Source: Pseudomonadota bacterium (GTDB lineage: Bacteria > Pseudomonadota > Gammaproteobacteria > GRL18). Taken from it: a DNA stretch of 47,841 nt. Where the stretch lies: NCBI GenBank assembly GCA_045047105.1, contig JASFYQ010000048.1, positions 1 to 47,841 of the forward strand, written 5' to 3'. Below, one piece after another: positions 1 through 9,059 of this stretch; position 1 is the first letter of the stretch, and every line of letters starts with the position of its first letter. Under the pieces are notes generated by a model, which worked only from the letters and a program-made list of their open reading frames with translations, did no database searches and had not been told where the DNA came from. The position numbers were made by a program, and so were the translations under genes.

Positions 1-87
1 TATACGTTTCATTAGGGATTGCATATCCTCGAGAGGATTATACATTCCCTTAAATGGATCGTTAATTGAATCAATCATTTTTCTCAT
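1..87 (-). CDS. Partial ORF running off the left edge (hypothetical). ATG complement at 85-87; visible N-terminus MRKMIDSINDPFKGMYNPLEDMQSLMKRI...
   Basis: Manual translation of the minus strand at 1-87. It would sit immediately downstream of the DUF2188-like gene on the same strand. Only about 29 codons are visible and the RBS is weak. Confidence 0.15.
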   Translation of the reverse strand, partial: MRKMIDSINDPFKGMYNPLEDMQSLMKRI

Positions 88-100
88 ATAATCATCCATA

Positions 101-349
101 TTAATTCTCATAATCCCTTGGTGGAAATGGATCATTTCCAGGTGCTATTGTATCTTTACTGCGAATCTTACCATTAACACCATGGGTAATTAATTTACCA
201 CCACCTTGATTTGTTAACATTTGATGTGCAGATTGTTCAGCTTCTTTTTGAGTTTTGTGAAGACTTGATGCTTTACTTGCATCATGGCGTTTATTTGCCC
301 AAGTACCATCAGCATGTTTTGAAATTGTTCTATCTCGTCCTTTGCTCAT
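101..349 (-). CDS. Small DUF2188-like protein, 82 aa
   Basis: ORF-track protein has a GKLITHGVNGKIRSKDT...GNDP segment resembling the DUF2188 core (…viHgrdGkIrdkdsYgnDP) as I recall it. Confidence 0.4.
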   Translation of the reverse strand: MSKGRDRTISKHADGTWANKRHDASKASSLHKTQKEAEQSAHQMLTNQGGGKLITHGVNGKIRSKDTIAPGNDPFPPRDYEN

Positions 350-372
350 TATAATTCCTCTAATTTAAATTA

Positions 373-431
373 GTCGCCTCTTATGGGGCCCAAAGTCGCC
401 ACTTATGGGGTCCAAGTCGCCGCTTATGGGG
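373..431. repeat. Three direct 17-bp repeats AGTCGCC-N-CTTATGGGG (N=T/A/G) with 21-22 bp periodicity
   Basis: Read directly at 373-388, 394-410 and 415-431. They lie between the start of the DUF2188-like gene (349) and the stop of nrdJb (471). Confidence 0.7.
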
Positions 432-470
432 AACCACACATATGGTCAAACGTACAATTATTGTGGTTTA

Positions 471-1172
471 TTACCCACATTTACTATCGCCGCAACCCAG
501 GCAGGTCATGCAGCCATCCATTAATACCAGTGCTTTAGTATGGCATTTTGCACACAATTGAGCAGATTCCGGGAAATCTCCTGCTGAATCGGCAGATTGA
601 TTATTTTGCTGTGTGTGTTTTTCCTGATATTCTTTACGTTTAGCATCCACTAATTTTTGTTGATGTTCATCTAATTCAGGTGCTTTTAACATGCCGATTA
701 ATTTTAGGTGGGATTCAATTGCACAGCCAATTTCAGCAACAATAGAGGGCATAAAAACACCGCCTTTTTTAAAATAGCCACCCTTGGGATCAAATACTGC
801 TTTTAACTCTTCTACTAAAAAAGTTACATCACCACCTTTTCTAAAAACAGCCGAAATTACTCGAGTTAAAGCCACAACCCACTGGAATTGTTCCATATTT
901 TTTGAGTTAATAAAAACTTCGTAGGGGCGGCGCTCTTCGTGCTCTGTACCGTGATTTAAAATCATGTCATTCACGGTAATATACATAGCATGTTCAGACT
1001 GTGGTGTTTTTATTTTGTAGGTAGAACCAAATAACATCTCTGGGCGGCTAAGATTTTCATGCATGCTTTCCACGTCTTGTATAGATTCATCATTGCTAGC
1101 AGTTTGTTCTTGCTTCTCTTCTTCTGTAATTACTTTGTAGGAAACGATTTTTTTATCCAATTTTAAAACCAT
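471..1172 (-). CDS. nrdJb: Class II ribonucleotide reductase small fragment NrdJb (C-terminal piece with redox Cys tail)
   Basis: 233 aa ORF immediately downstream of nrdJa on the same strand. Its C-terminus CAKCHTKALVLMDGCMTCLGCGDSKCG is the typical RNR C-terminal cysteine cluster. Split NrdJa/NrdJb is known from Pseudomonas aeruginosa. Confidence 0.65.
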   Translation of the reverse strand: MVLKLDKKIVSYKVITEEEKQEQTASNDESIQDVESMHENLSRPEMLFGSTYKIKTPQSEHAMYITVNDMILNHGTEHEERRPYEVFINSKNMEQFQWVVALTRVISAVFRKGGDVTFLVEELKAVFDPKGGYFKKGGVFMPSIVAEIGCAIESHLKLIGMLKAPELDEHQQKLVDAKRKEYQEKHTQQNNQSADSAGDFPESAQLCAKCHTKALVLMDGCMTCLGCGDSKCG

Positions 1173-1229
1173 GGTCTTATACCTTTTTCTTTTGTATTTT
1201 GTATTTATTTCAACGTAAAATTATAATTT

Positions 1230-3395
1230 TTAAAATTTCCCGTAATAGCCTTCCTTTAATGCATCAAATAGATTCGCTGCACTATGTAATTCTCCATCGT
1301 ATTCAACTTCTTCATCTCCTTTTAATTCCACTACGCGACCATCTTCCAGAGTGAATTGATAGGTGGTATTTTTAAGATCCTGCTCTTTAACTAATACCCC
1401 CTGGAATGCTTCTGGATTGAAGCGGAAAGTAGTACAGCCTTTTAAGCCCTTATCATATGCATATTGATAGATATCCTTAAAATCTTCATAGGGGTAATCG
1501 GTTGGAATATTAGCAGTTTTAGATATAGATGAATCTATCCATAATTGTGCTGCAGCCTGGATATCAACATGTTGTTTGGGACTGATATCATCTGCACAAA
1601 TAAAGTAGTCAGGTAGTTTTTCTGATTCATTATCAGTGTAGGGCATTGCATTGGGATTGATTAGCTCTCGATAGGCTAATAATTCATAGGAGAAAACATC
1701 CAGTTTTTGTTTAGTCTTTTTGCCTTCAATAATTACATTGCGCGAATAATGGTGAGCAAAACTGGGCTCAATGCCATTACTGGCGTTATTTGCCAAAGAG
1801 AGTGAAATGGTGCCTGTTGGAGCAATTGAGCTATGGTGAGTAAAGCGACAGCCAATTTCAGCCATTTCTTTCATAAGCTCAGGTTCTATATCTGCAACTT
1901 TTTGCATATAATGACTGTATTTACTATGTAAAACTTTACCTTTAATAGTATCACCCAGTTTTAAACCATCAGCTAACATTTCTGGGCGTTTGTTTAACAT
2001 TTTTCCAGTAATTTTAAATTCTTCTTCCATTATCGGAGCAGAGCCTTTTTCCTTGGCTAATGAAACACCTGCTTTCCAGCCTTCAATAGCGAGTATTTTA
2101 GTTACTTGTTCGGTAAAATCAATAGACTCTGATTCACCATAACGTAAACCGAGCATAGTCAAAGTAGTTCCTAAGCCAAGATAACCCATGCCATGGCGGC
2201 GTTTTCTATAAATCTCATCTTGTTGCTTTTTAAGTGGCAAACCATTGATTTCAACTACGTTATCTAACATACGGGTAAAAATAGTGATGGTTTTTTTGTA
2301 TAAGTCCCAGTCAAAATAGGCCTTATCTGTAAATGCCTGACTAACAAAACGGGTAAGGTTTATAGAGCCTAATAAACAACTACCATAAGGAGGTAATGGT
2401 TGTTCTCCACAGGGGTTGGTGGCACGAATATTCTCGCAATACCAGTTATTGTTCATCTCATTTACTTTGTCAATGAGGATAAATCCTGGTTCTGCAAAAT
2501 CATACGTTGAGCTCATGATTATGTCCCACAAACGTTTAGCAGGCATAGTTTTAGTTATTTTACAGGCAACCAGACCTTTTTCATTGACTATGTAACCGTC
2601 TTTATTAGGTAAATCACGCCAGGAAATTTGTGTATCATCATTTAAATTAATTTCATCACGTTCTGCTTCTTTTTCTGTGATGGGGAAGGATAAAGCCCAA
2701 TCCTGCTCATTTTTTACAGCTTCCACAAAATCGGTAGTGATTAATAAAGATAGATTAAATTGCCTTAACCGTCCGTCTTCACGCTTAGCCCGAATAAATT
2801 CAACCACATCAGGATGGCCTACATCAAAGGTTGCCATTTGCGCCCCACGTCTTCCTCCTGCTGAAGATACGGTAAAACACATTTTGTCGTAGATATCCAT
2901 AAAAGAAAGAGGGCCAGAAGTATAGGCTCCAGCCCCTGAAACATAAGCATCTTTAGGGCGAAGAGTTGAAAACTCATAACCAATGCCACAACCTGCTTTT
3001 AAGGTAAGACCTGCTTCATGCACTTTGCCTAATATATCGTCCATAGAATCAGAGATTGCTCCAGAAACAGTACAATTTATGGTTGATGTGGCGGGTTTAT
3101 GGTGCTGTGCTCCTGCATTGGAAATAATTCTACCTGCAGGAATAACACCTTGTCTTAGTGCCCATAAAAATTCTTTATGCCATTTTTCACGTAATATATC
3201 ATCTGCTTCAACATCTGCAAGTGCTTTAGCAACGCGCTTATAGGTATCATCAATGGTTTTATCAATATTTTCACCATTTTTAGTCTTTAAACGGTATTTT
3301 TTATCCCATATATCTGCTGATGTTTGCTGCAGAGCAATTTCTATTAGCTTGGGTGATATGGCATGTAATTGGGCAGTCATTAAAGCGTTCCTCAA
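1230..3395 (-). CDS. nrdJa: Adenosylcobalamin-dependent (class II) ribonucleoside-diphosphate reductase large fragment NrdJa
   Basis: 721 aa ORF with overall similarity to class II RNR (NrdJ). Its size matches the roughly 730-aa NrdJa of split systems. Confidence 0.8.
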   Translation of the reverse strand: MRNALMTAQLHAISPKLIEIALQQTSADIWDKKYRLKTKNGENIDKTIDDTYKRVAKALADVEADDILREKWHKEFLWALRQGVIPAGRIISNAGAQHHKPATSTINCTVSGAISDSMDDILGKVHEAGLTLKAGCGIGYEFSTLRPKDAYVSGAGAYTSGPLSFMDIYDKMCFTVSSAGGRRGAQMATFDVGHPDVVEFIRAKREDGRLRQFNLSLLITTDFVEAVKNEQDWALSFPITEKEAERDEINLNDDTQISWRDLPNKDGYIVNEKGLVACKITKTMPAKRLWDIIMSSTYDFAEPGFILIDKVNEMNNNWYCENIRATNPCGEQPLPPYGSCLLGSINLTRFVSQAFTDKAYFDWDLYKKTITIFTRMLDNVVEINGLPLKKQQDEIYRKRRHGMGYLGLGTTLTMLGLRYGESESIDFTEQVTKILAIEGWKAGVSLAKEKGSAPIMEEEFKITGKMLNKRPEMLADGLKLGDTIKGKVLHSKYSHYMQKVADIEPELMKEMAEIGCRFTHHSSIAPTGTISLSLANNASNGIEPSFAHHYSRNVIIEGKKTKQKLDVFSYELLAYRELINPNAMPYTDNESEKLPDYFICADDISPKQHVDIQAAAQLWIDSSISKTANIPTDYPYEDFKDIYQYAYDKGLKGCTTFRFNPEAFQGVLVKEQDLKNTTYQFTLEDGRVVELKGDEEVEYDGELHSAANLFDALKEGYYGKF

Positions 3396-3460
3396 CTTTT
3401 ATTAGTGTTATAATTTAGGGTCTTTACTGTGTTTATAGTAAGTAGAGAGAAAATACTGAT

Positions 3461-3509
3461 AATCTATATATAGTGTTTGCTATGTTCTTTTGCTCACTAT
3501 ATATTGTGT
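3461..3509. promoter_or_regulatory. Tandem NrdR boxes upstream of nrdJa
   Basis: AATCTATATATAGTGT (3461-3476, 14/16) and TCACTATATATTGTGT (3494-3509, 15/16) match the NrdR consensus acaCwAtATaTwGtgt. Centres are 33 bp apart, and the boxes lie 66-114 bp upstream of the nrdJa start codon. Confidence 0.55.
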
Positions 3510-3776
3510 TTGTTTTGTAAATAGTAACAATTAGAGAATATTTAGCAAGTCTTTTTATTAAAAAATAGAAGTAATATTTTAGCTAAAAAACTTGTATTTT
3601 TTATAGCCCAAATGGGATGGGGTTTTGAGAGAATATTAGTAACTAATTATGTACTTGGATCAGTAAATATTTTAAATTAACGGATTTTGTTGATAGGTGT
3701 TTTGATATTATGAATAGGCATTTGCTATTTTAGGAGATAGCTAGTTATAAGTAGTTATTTTATGCTTTAACAATAT

Positions 3777-3808
3777 GCAGTTATTTGGCTATTTAAGCCA
3801 ATAACTGC
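3777..3808 (-). terminator. Imperfect 13-bp inverted repeat downstream of the rdgC stop
   Basis: GCAGTTATTTGGCT...AGCCAATAACTGC, 32 bp after the rdgC stop. There is no clean U-run on the minus strand, so this is a weak call. Confidence 0.25.
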
Positions 3809-3839
3809 ATAATTGAAATGTAAGGTCTTATTCAGCTGC

Positions 3840-4763
3840 TTAAGATGCAGTTTTTTCAGCATTAAAAATTGCTAATAATGCAGGAATAAATTGAGAAAAC
3901 TCCAGTGCCATTAGATTAAAGTCTGCATCAAATCGTGTTATTGCATCATCATCACTGCTATCATCCATTTGATCCATCAGGGTATCGGTGAGGCGTACAC
4001 GTTTAATGGACATATCATCATGTAGGGTAAATTCAATTTTATCCTGCCAGATAAGAGCCAGTTTAGTTACCATTTTTCCTGCTTCAATATGGTTTTTAAT
4101 TTCATCACTGATTAAATCATGTTTGGAGCAACGAACAATCCCGCCATCTTCACTCGGGTCTTTTAACTCACAACTTTGACCAAGCTCTAATTCTGCTGGA
4201 ATATCATTATTTGCAAGCCATGAAGTTAATGTTTGCTCTATGGGACTGGTTGGAGTTATGGGGATGATAGGTAGCGTGCCAATTGTTTTACGCATAAATT
4301 CAGTAAGCTGTTCTGCTTTGTTGCTGCTTGCTGCATCAACTATTAATAATTGATTGATACGATCAATATAGGCATAATTTTGAAAATAACGGCTAAAGGC
4401 TCTGGGTAATAAGTCAATTACTAATTCTTCTTTTAATAAATCTTTTTGTTTTTTGCCAATTTTATGGCCTTCTTTACTTTCAATAGTGGCTATTTTTTCA
4501 TGTAATAAATCGTTAATTACCGCTGCTGGTAATAATTTTTGTTCTTCTTTGGCACAAAAAATCACAAAATCAGCACTGCCATGTATCATCATTTGTTCAG
4601 GTTTTTTTGAAATATTTGCCAGAGGGGAAAGCCACCCGTATGAACTCAGTTGGTGTTTGCTACAGGGCGAAAATTCAGCACTGCTAAGTTGTTCGTTAAG
4701 TTGTTGATCTGATAGCTCAAATGATTGGGTAAATTGATAAATTTTTAAATTTTTAAACCACAT
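3840..4763 (-). CDS. rdgC: Recombination-associated protein RdgC
   Basis: N-terminus MWFKNLKIYQF is the RdgC hallmark and the length is about 307 aa. Start chosen at the ATG (4763) rather than the TTG (4778) used by the ORF track. Confidence 0.8.
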   Translation of the reverse strand: MWFKNLKIYQFTQSFELSDQQLNEQLSSAEFSPCSKHQLSSYGWLSPLANISKKPEQMMIHGSADFVIFCAKEEQKLLPAAVINDLLHEKIATIESKEGHKIGKKQKDLLKEELVIDLLPRAFSRYFQNYAYIDRINQLLIVDAASSNKAEQLTEFMRKTIGTLPIIPITPTSPIEQTLTSWLANNDIPAELELGQSCELKDPSEDGGIVRCSKHDLISDEIKNHIEAGKMVTKLALIWQDKIEFTLHDDMSIKRVRLTDTLMDQMDDSSDDDAITRFDADFNLMALEFSQFIPALLAIFNAEKTAS

Positions 4764-4876
4764 GTTTGCTTTTTCCAAAAGTAAATTAGCTGATTATAAT
4801 ATTCACTCGTAATAAAGAATGCAAGATATTATGCAAACCGTTATAATACGCTTCCCATCTATATTAGGTATCTCAA

Positions 4877-6649
4877 ATGACTAGCAAGACTATACCCTCC
4901 TTTAATGAATTAGCTTTAGATAAAGCAGTCTTTAAAATAATTAATGAAGTAGGTTATGAAACCCCTTCACCAATTCAGGCACAAACAATTCCTCTATTAT
5001 TAGAAGGAAGAGATTTGGTTGGGCAAGCTCAAACTGGTACGGGTAAAACTGCTGCATTTGCTTTACCGATTTTATCCAATCTGGATTTAAAGCAAAAAGA
5101 TCCTCAGGTATTAGTATTAGCTCCTACTCGTGAATTAGCTATTCAGGTGGCTGAAGCTTTTCAAAAATACGCTAAATTTTTAAAAGGTTTTCATGTCCTG
5201 CCTGTTTATGGTGGACAAGATTATAGAGGCCAGATACGTTCTCTTAATCGGGGTGTTCACGTGGTAGTTGGTACACCTGGAAGGGTAATGGATCATATGC
5301 GTAAAGGTACCCTAAAGCTTAATAATTTAACTACTTTAGTATTAGATGAAGCAGATGAAATGTTACGCATGGGCTTTATTGAAGATGTAGAGTGGATTTT
5401 AGATCAGACTCCAGAAGATAGGCAAATTGCTTTATTTTCAGCTACTATGCCACAACAAATCCGTCGTATAGCTAAGCGTTATCTTAATAATCCAGTTGAA
5501 GTTACTATTAAGGAAAAAACCGCAACAGCTGCAACCATTCGTCAACGTTTCTGGCCTGTAAGTGGTTTACATAAACTGGATGCTTTAACTCGAATTTTAG
5601 AGGCAGAAATTTTTGATGGCATAATTATTTTTGTGCGAACTAAAACTGCAACCGTAGAGCTATCTGAAAAATTAGAAGCTCGAGGATATAGGTGTGCTCC
5701 ACTAAATGGGGATATTGCTCAAAACCAGCGTGAAAGAACCGTTGATAATCTAAAAAAGGGAAAATTGGATATATTGATTGCCACCGATGTGGCCGCACGT
5801 GGTTTAGATGTTGAACGTATTAGTCATGTAATAAACTATGATATTCCTTATGATACTGAAGCCTATATTCATCGTATTGGAAGAACAGGGCGTGCAGGAA
5901 GGGAAGGGGATGCAATTTTGTTTGTTGCACCAAGAGAACGCCGTTTATTAAATGCTATTGAACGAGCAACCAAGAAGAAAATTGAACTGATGGAGCTGCC
6001 ATCAACTGAACTGATAAATGACAAACGTATTTCTCAGTTTAAACAAAATATTAGTGATACCCTGGCAAATGAAGATTTAGTTTTTTTCTCACAATTAATC
6101 GAACAATTCCAGCAGGAGCATAATATTCCTGCAATAGAGATTGCAGCTGCCCTGGCACAAATGTTACAAGGTGATACGCCATTTTTGTTAAAGAACAAGC
6201 CTATCAAAAAAGCAGATAGTAGTTGGAGTCGCTCGGATAAAAGAGGTAGTTGTGATGATTCTTATAGCAATAACTCGTTTAAGAAAGAAAAAGGTAAGCG
6301 AGATCGCGGTGGAGTGTCTAAAAAGAATAGGCCCATTGATGAAGGAATGATTCGATATCGTATTGAAGTTGGACATGAGCACCATGTAAAACCGGGTAAT
6401 ATTGTTGGTGCGATTGCTAATGAGGCGGGTTTGGAAAGTAAGTATATCGGGCGAATTAATATCTATGATGATTATAGTTTAATTGATTTACCAGAAGGTA
6501 TGCCTATGGACATTTTTAATAATGTTAAAAAGATTTGGGTTGCTGGACAACAATTAAGAATTTCTCGAGCAATTGATGATGGTAAAAATAAAAAGAAGAA
6601 AAGTATTGCTAAAAAAGAGGAGTCTAGAAAAGACCGAGAAAAGAAATAA
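4877..6649 (+). CDS. deaD: DEAD-box ATP-dependent RNA helicase DeaD/CsdA
   Basis: Motifs AQTGTGKT, DEAD, SAT and HRIGRTGRAG, plus a C-terminal DbpA-like RNA-binding extension and a Lys/Arg-rich tail. Confidence 0.9.
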   Translation: MTSKTIPSFNELALDKAVFKIINEVGYETPSPIQAQTIPLLLEGRDLVGQAQTGTGKTAAFALPILSNLDLKQKDPQVLVLAPTRELAIQVAEAFQKYAKFLKGFHVLPVYGGQDYRGQIRSLNRGVHVVVGTPGRVMDHMRKGTLKLNNLTTLVLDEADEMLRMGFIEDVEWILDQTPEDRQIALFSATMPQQIRRIAKRYLNNPVEVTIKEKTATAATIRQRFWPVSGLHKLDALTRILEAEIFDGIIIFVRTKTATVELSEKLEARGYRCAPLNGDIAQNQRERTVDNLKKGKLDILIATDVAARGLDVERISHVINYDIPYDTEAYIHRIGRTGRAGREGDAILFVAPRERRLLNAIERATKKKIELMELPSTELINDKRISQFKQNISDTLANEDLVFFSQLIEQFQQEHNIPAIEIAAALAQMLQGDTPFLLKNKPIKKADSSWSRSDKRGSCDDSYSNNSFKKEKGKRDRGGVSKKNRPIDEGMIRYRIEVGHEHHVKPGNIVGAIANEAGLESKYIGRINIYDDYSLIDLPEGMPMDIFNNVKKIWVAGQQLRISRAIDDGKNKKKKSIAKKEESRKDREKK

Positions 6650-6682
6650 GAAGAACTGAGTTTTTAAATTAAGATTTATAAC

Positions 6683-6720
6683 CCCTGCACCTTAATAAGG
6701 TGCAGTCAGGGATAAGTTTT
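6683..6720 (+). terminator. Hairpin CCCTGCACC-ttaataa-GGTGCAG(tc)AGGG followed by a T-rich tract after deaD
   Basis: Read from sequence. A 7-9 bp GC-containing stem followed by gttttgttt. Confidence 0.45.
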
Positions 6721-6731
6721 GTTTAGAATTT

Positions 6732-6896
6732 TTAGTCTAATGGAAATGCTTCTAGAGCAGCTACTTCCTGTATAGTCAGTGTTAATTCAGATTTTTCATA
6801 AGTCATTTCAGCTGTTGAGTTATCAAGATTTGAATCATCAAAAGCACCAACCGAAAGGCCGCCAGCTAATATAATAATAGGTACTATAGCAAACAT
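6732..6896 (-). CDS. Unannotated 54-aa small protein with a hydrophobic N-terminus (MFAIVPIIILAGGLSVGAFDD...) and an acidic remainder
   Basis: Manual translation. It is below the 60-aa cutoff of the ORF track. A strong RBS AGGAGA sits 6 nt upstream of the ATG (minus-strand GTTAGGAGAATAATTATG). Stop is TAA. Confidence 0.35.
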   Translation of the reverse strand: MFAIVPIIILAGGLSVGAFDDSNLDNSTAEMTYEKSELTLTIQEVAALEAFPLD

Positions 6897-7079
6897 AATT
6901 ATTCTCCTAACATTTATTTATAAGAATCTCTTTGGTAACATAAGCTTCTACGAAACTGTGGAAATTGAGTTACCAAGTAGACAGTGATTAGAATATTATA
7001 ATATTCTAATGTGTTTGTCAATAAATTTTAACTTTTTTTATTCAAATTTACTGTTTAAATCTCATAAAATACTATAGAA

Positions 7080-7095
7080 TGTGATTGTAATCACT
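7080..7095. promoter_or_regulatory. CRP-type palindrome TGTGA-ttgtaa-TCACt
   Basis: Read from sequence. It matches 9/10 of the CRP core TGTGA-N6-TCACA and is centred 25 bp upstream of the ATG of the cNMP-binding/HDOD gene. Confidence 0.4.
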
Positions 7096-7112
7096 GGATA
7101 TATAAAGAAATT

Positions 7113-8360
7113 ATGAAAACTGAACCAATTGAAGATATCGAAAAATTTAATATGTTTGCTGATTTTACTGAATTACAAATCAGTTATATCAAAAGTAATG
7201 CCAAACAATTAGTTATTCCAGCTAATAAAATTCTGTTAAAACTTGGTGCTGAACATACCAATATATTTTTATTAGTTGAGGGTGAATTAAAACTCATTGC
7301 AGCGGATGGAAAAGAAGGCATTATTTCTGCTGACTGCCTCAGTGCAAAAAATTCAATTGCCCAATTACGCCCGAGTCGTTACCAGGTTTCAAGCCTTACA
7401 GAAGTACGAATGATTGTTATGCCTCTCGAAGTTATAGAGCGTGCAGTTGCAATGGAAGATGCCGAGGAAATTGAAATTGAAGCTTTTTCTATTGATGAAA
7501 GTGATAATCACGATGAAGCCTACGATAAAATACTTTTTGATATTCTTTCTTTATTACACACCGATAAATTAATCTTACCCAGTTTACCTGATATTGCTCT
7601 AAAAATTCGCCAGACTGTTGAAAGTGAAGACAGTGACGCAGATGAAGTCAGTAAAGTTATTAATATGGATCAATCAATTGTAACCAAAATATTAAAAACA
7701 GCTAATAGTGCTATGTATAATACTTCCGGTAAAAAGATTGAGTCGTGTAAGGCTGCTTATATGCGCATTGGCTCTAAAAAGCTGGTTAATCTGGTGCTTT
7801 CATATGCTATGAAAGAATTATTTAATTCTGATTCTGCAATTATCAAAGCTAAGATGAAAGAGGTTTGGCAACATAGTATTAAGGTGGCTGCAATTAGTTC
7901 CATTTTAGCTCGCTTAACACCAGGTTTTGATTCTGAAAAAGCATTACTTGCTGGCTTATTACATAATATAGGTGCTGTTGCTGTATTAAATAATCTGGGT
8001 GATAACTTAGCCATTATTGAAGATGGAGAATTGATCGATAATGTTTTATATGGCCTACAAGCAGAAGTGGGTGATAATTTGCTAGAAAAATGGGATTTTC
8101 CTGAAGAGTTAATTGATGTTGTTAAACATTCAACCGATTGGTTTAGGGATGAATCGGAGCAGCCAAATTATAGTGATATCGTCAATATTGCCCAGCTACA
8201 TGCTCGTATTGGAATGCCTATGTGGGAAGAGTTACCAAATATTGATGAAGTCCCCAGTTTTAAAAAGTTAGCATTAGGGCAATTAACGCCAGAGATGAGT
8301 TTACAAGTTTTAGAAAAATCACAAGAAGAAATAAGTCAGACAATAGCTCTGTTTAATTAA
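7113..8360 (+). CDS. Signalling protein with an N-terminal cyclic-nucleotide-binding-like domain and a C-terminal HDOD domain
   Basis: 415 aa. The N-terminal roughly 120 aa has a CAP_ED-like pattern (LLVEGELKLIAADGKEGII). The central and C-terminal region matches HDOD (LPSLPDIALKIRQ...VINMDQSIVTKILKTANSAMY...LLHNIG). Confidence 0.65.
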   Translation: MKTEPIEDIEKFNMFADFTELQISYIKSNAKQLVIPANKILLKLGAEHTNIFLLVEGELKLIAADGKEGIISADCLSAKNSIAQLRPSRYQVSSLTEVRMIVMPLEVIERAVAMEDAEEIEIEAFSIDESDNHDEAYDKILFDILSLLHTDKLILPSLPDIALKIRQTVESEDSDADEVSKVINMDQSIVTKILKTANSAMYNTSGKKIESCKAAYMRIGSKKLVNLVLSYAMKELFNSDSAIIKAKMKEVWQHSIKVAAISSILARLTPGFDSEKALLAGLLHNIGAVAVLNNLGDNLAIIEDGELIDNVLYGLQAEVGDNLLEKWDFPEELIDVVKHSTDWFRDESEQPNYSDIVNIAQLHARIGMPMWEELPNIDEVPSFKKLALGQLTPEMSLQVLEKSQEEISQTIALFN

Positions 8361-8369
8361 ATCTCTAAA

Positions 8370-9029
8370 CTAAAAAAGCCGATTAAATAAACGGTTAATA
8401 GTCTCTAAGAGATCATCTTCTATATCAAATGAGTGTTTTTTTCCCTGTTGATTATCATTTGAATACATTTTATAGGTTTTTGAGCGATGATTATTTTCCT
8501 GCTGCAGCTTCACTTTTGCATGTAATAGTTCTCCTCCTGCTTTTTTCCATTCCATTAAATGTGTTGTTTCTCCACTGTCTATCCATACTCCATGCTGTTG
8601 ACAACGATCTATTATTACCCCACTTTTGTGTGCATAGTTTGAACGCTGCATAAATTTTCTACATTCAGGGCATTTTCTATAGCGAATACTTTTATCTTTT
8701 TTATATCGATCAAGATTAATATTAGTCATGTGCTGTTGATTAATATGTATAACTCCAGCAACTGAATGCTCTAAAAAATCTTCAATTTCTCCAGGATCAA
8801 AAAATAATCCAAAACATTTATTACAACGCTCTATTTGAAATTCCCCCTTTATATTTAGATCTATAGTGCTAAGAGGAATATCACATTCAGGGCAGATACG
8901 CACAGAGTTTTTATTTACTATATCGTATTGGTATTTATTGCGTAAGTCCACATCACTTCTGACCTGACAATAAATACAGAGGTTAGAGTTTGCGGAAAGG
9001 GGAGCAGAGCAAGTGCTACATCTGGACAT
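8370..9029 (-). CDS. Zinc-ribbon protein with two zf-TFIIB-type domains (YdjG-like)
   Basis: Repeated CPEC...x17-20...C..C/H motifs (ICPECDIPLSTIDLNIKGEFQIERCNKCFGLFFDPGEIEDF and KCPECRKFMQRSNYAHKSGVIIDRCQQHGVWIDSGE), plus an N-terminal CSTC...CIYC ribbon. Confidence 0.55.
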   Translation of the reverse strand: MSRCSTCSAPLSANSNLCIYCQVRSDVDLRNKYQYDIVNKNSVRICPECDIPLSTIDLNIKGEFQIERCNKCFGLFFDPGEIEDFLEHSVAGVIHINQQHMTNINLDRYKKDKSIRYRKCPECRKFMQRSNYAHKSGVIIDRCQQHGVWIDSGETTHLMEWKKAGGELLHAKVKLQQENNHRSKTYKMYSNDNQQGKKHSFDIEDDLLETINRLFNRLF

Positions 9030-9059
9030 AATATTTGGAAAATTAAAGAGTAAATGGAG

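Noticed and set aside
432-469. 7-bp inverted repeat AACCACA…TGTGGTT with a 24-nt loop just downstream of the nrdJb stop
   Set aside because: The loop is too large and the stem too short and AT-rich for a confident terminator call.
2677-3243. Two plus-strand ORFs (71 aa and 86 aa) inside nrdJa
   Set aside because: They are antisense to a strongly supported, conserved RNR gene. They have no RBS and no family resemblance.
4764-4778. ORF-track N-terminal extension of rdgC (MEKAN-) from a TTG
   Set aside because: RdgC proteins begin at the MWFKNL motif. The ATG at 4763 aligns with the family start, and the TTG extension adds unconserved residues.
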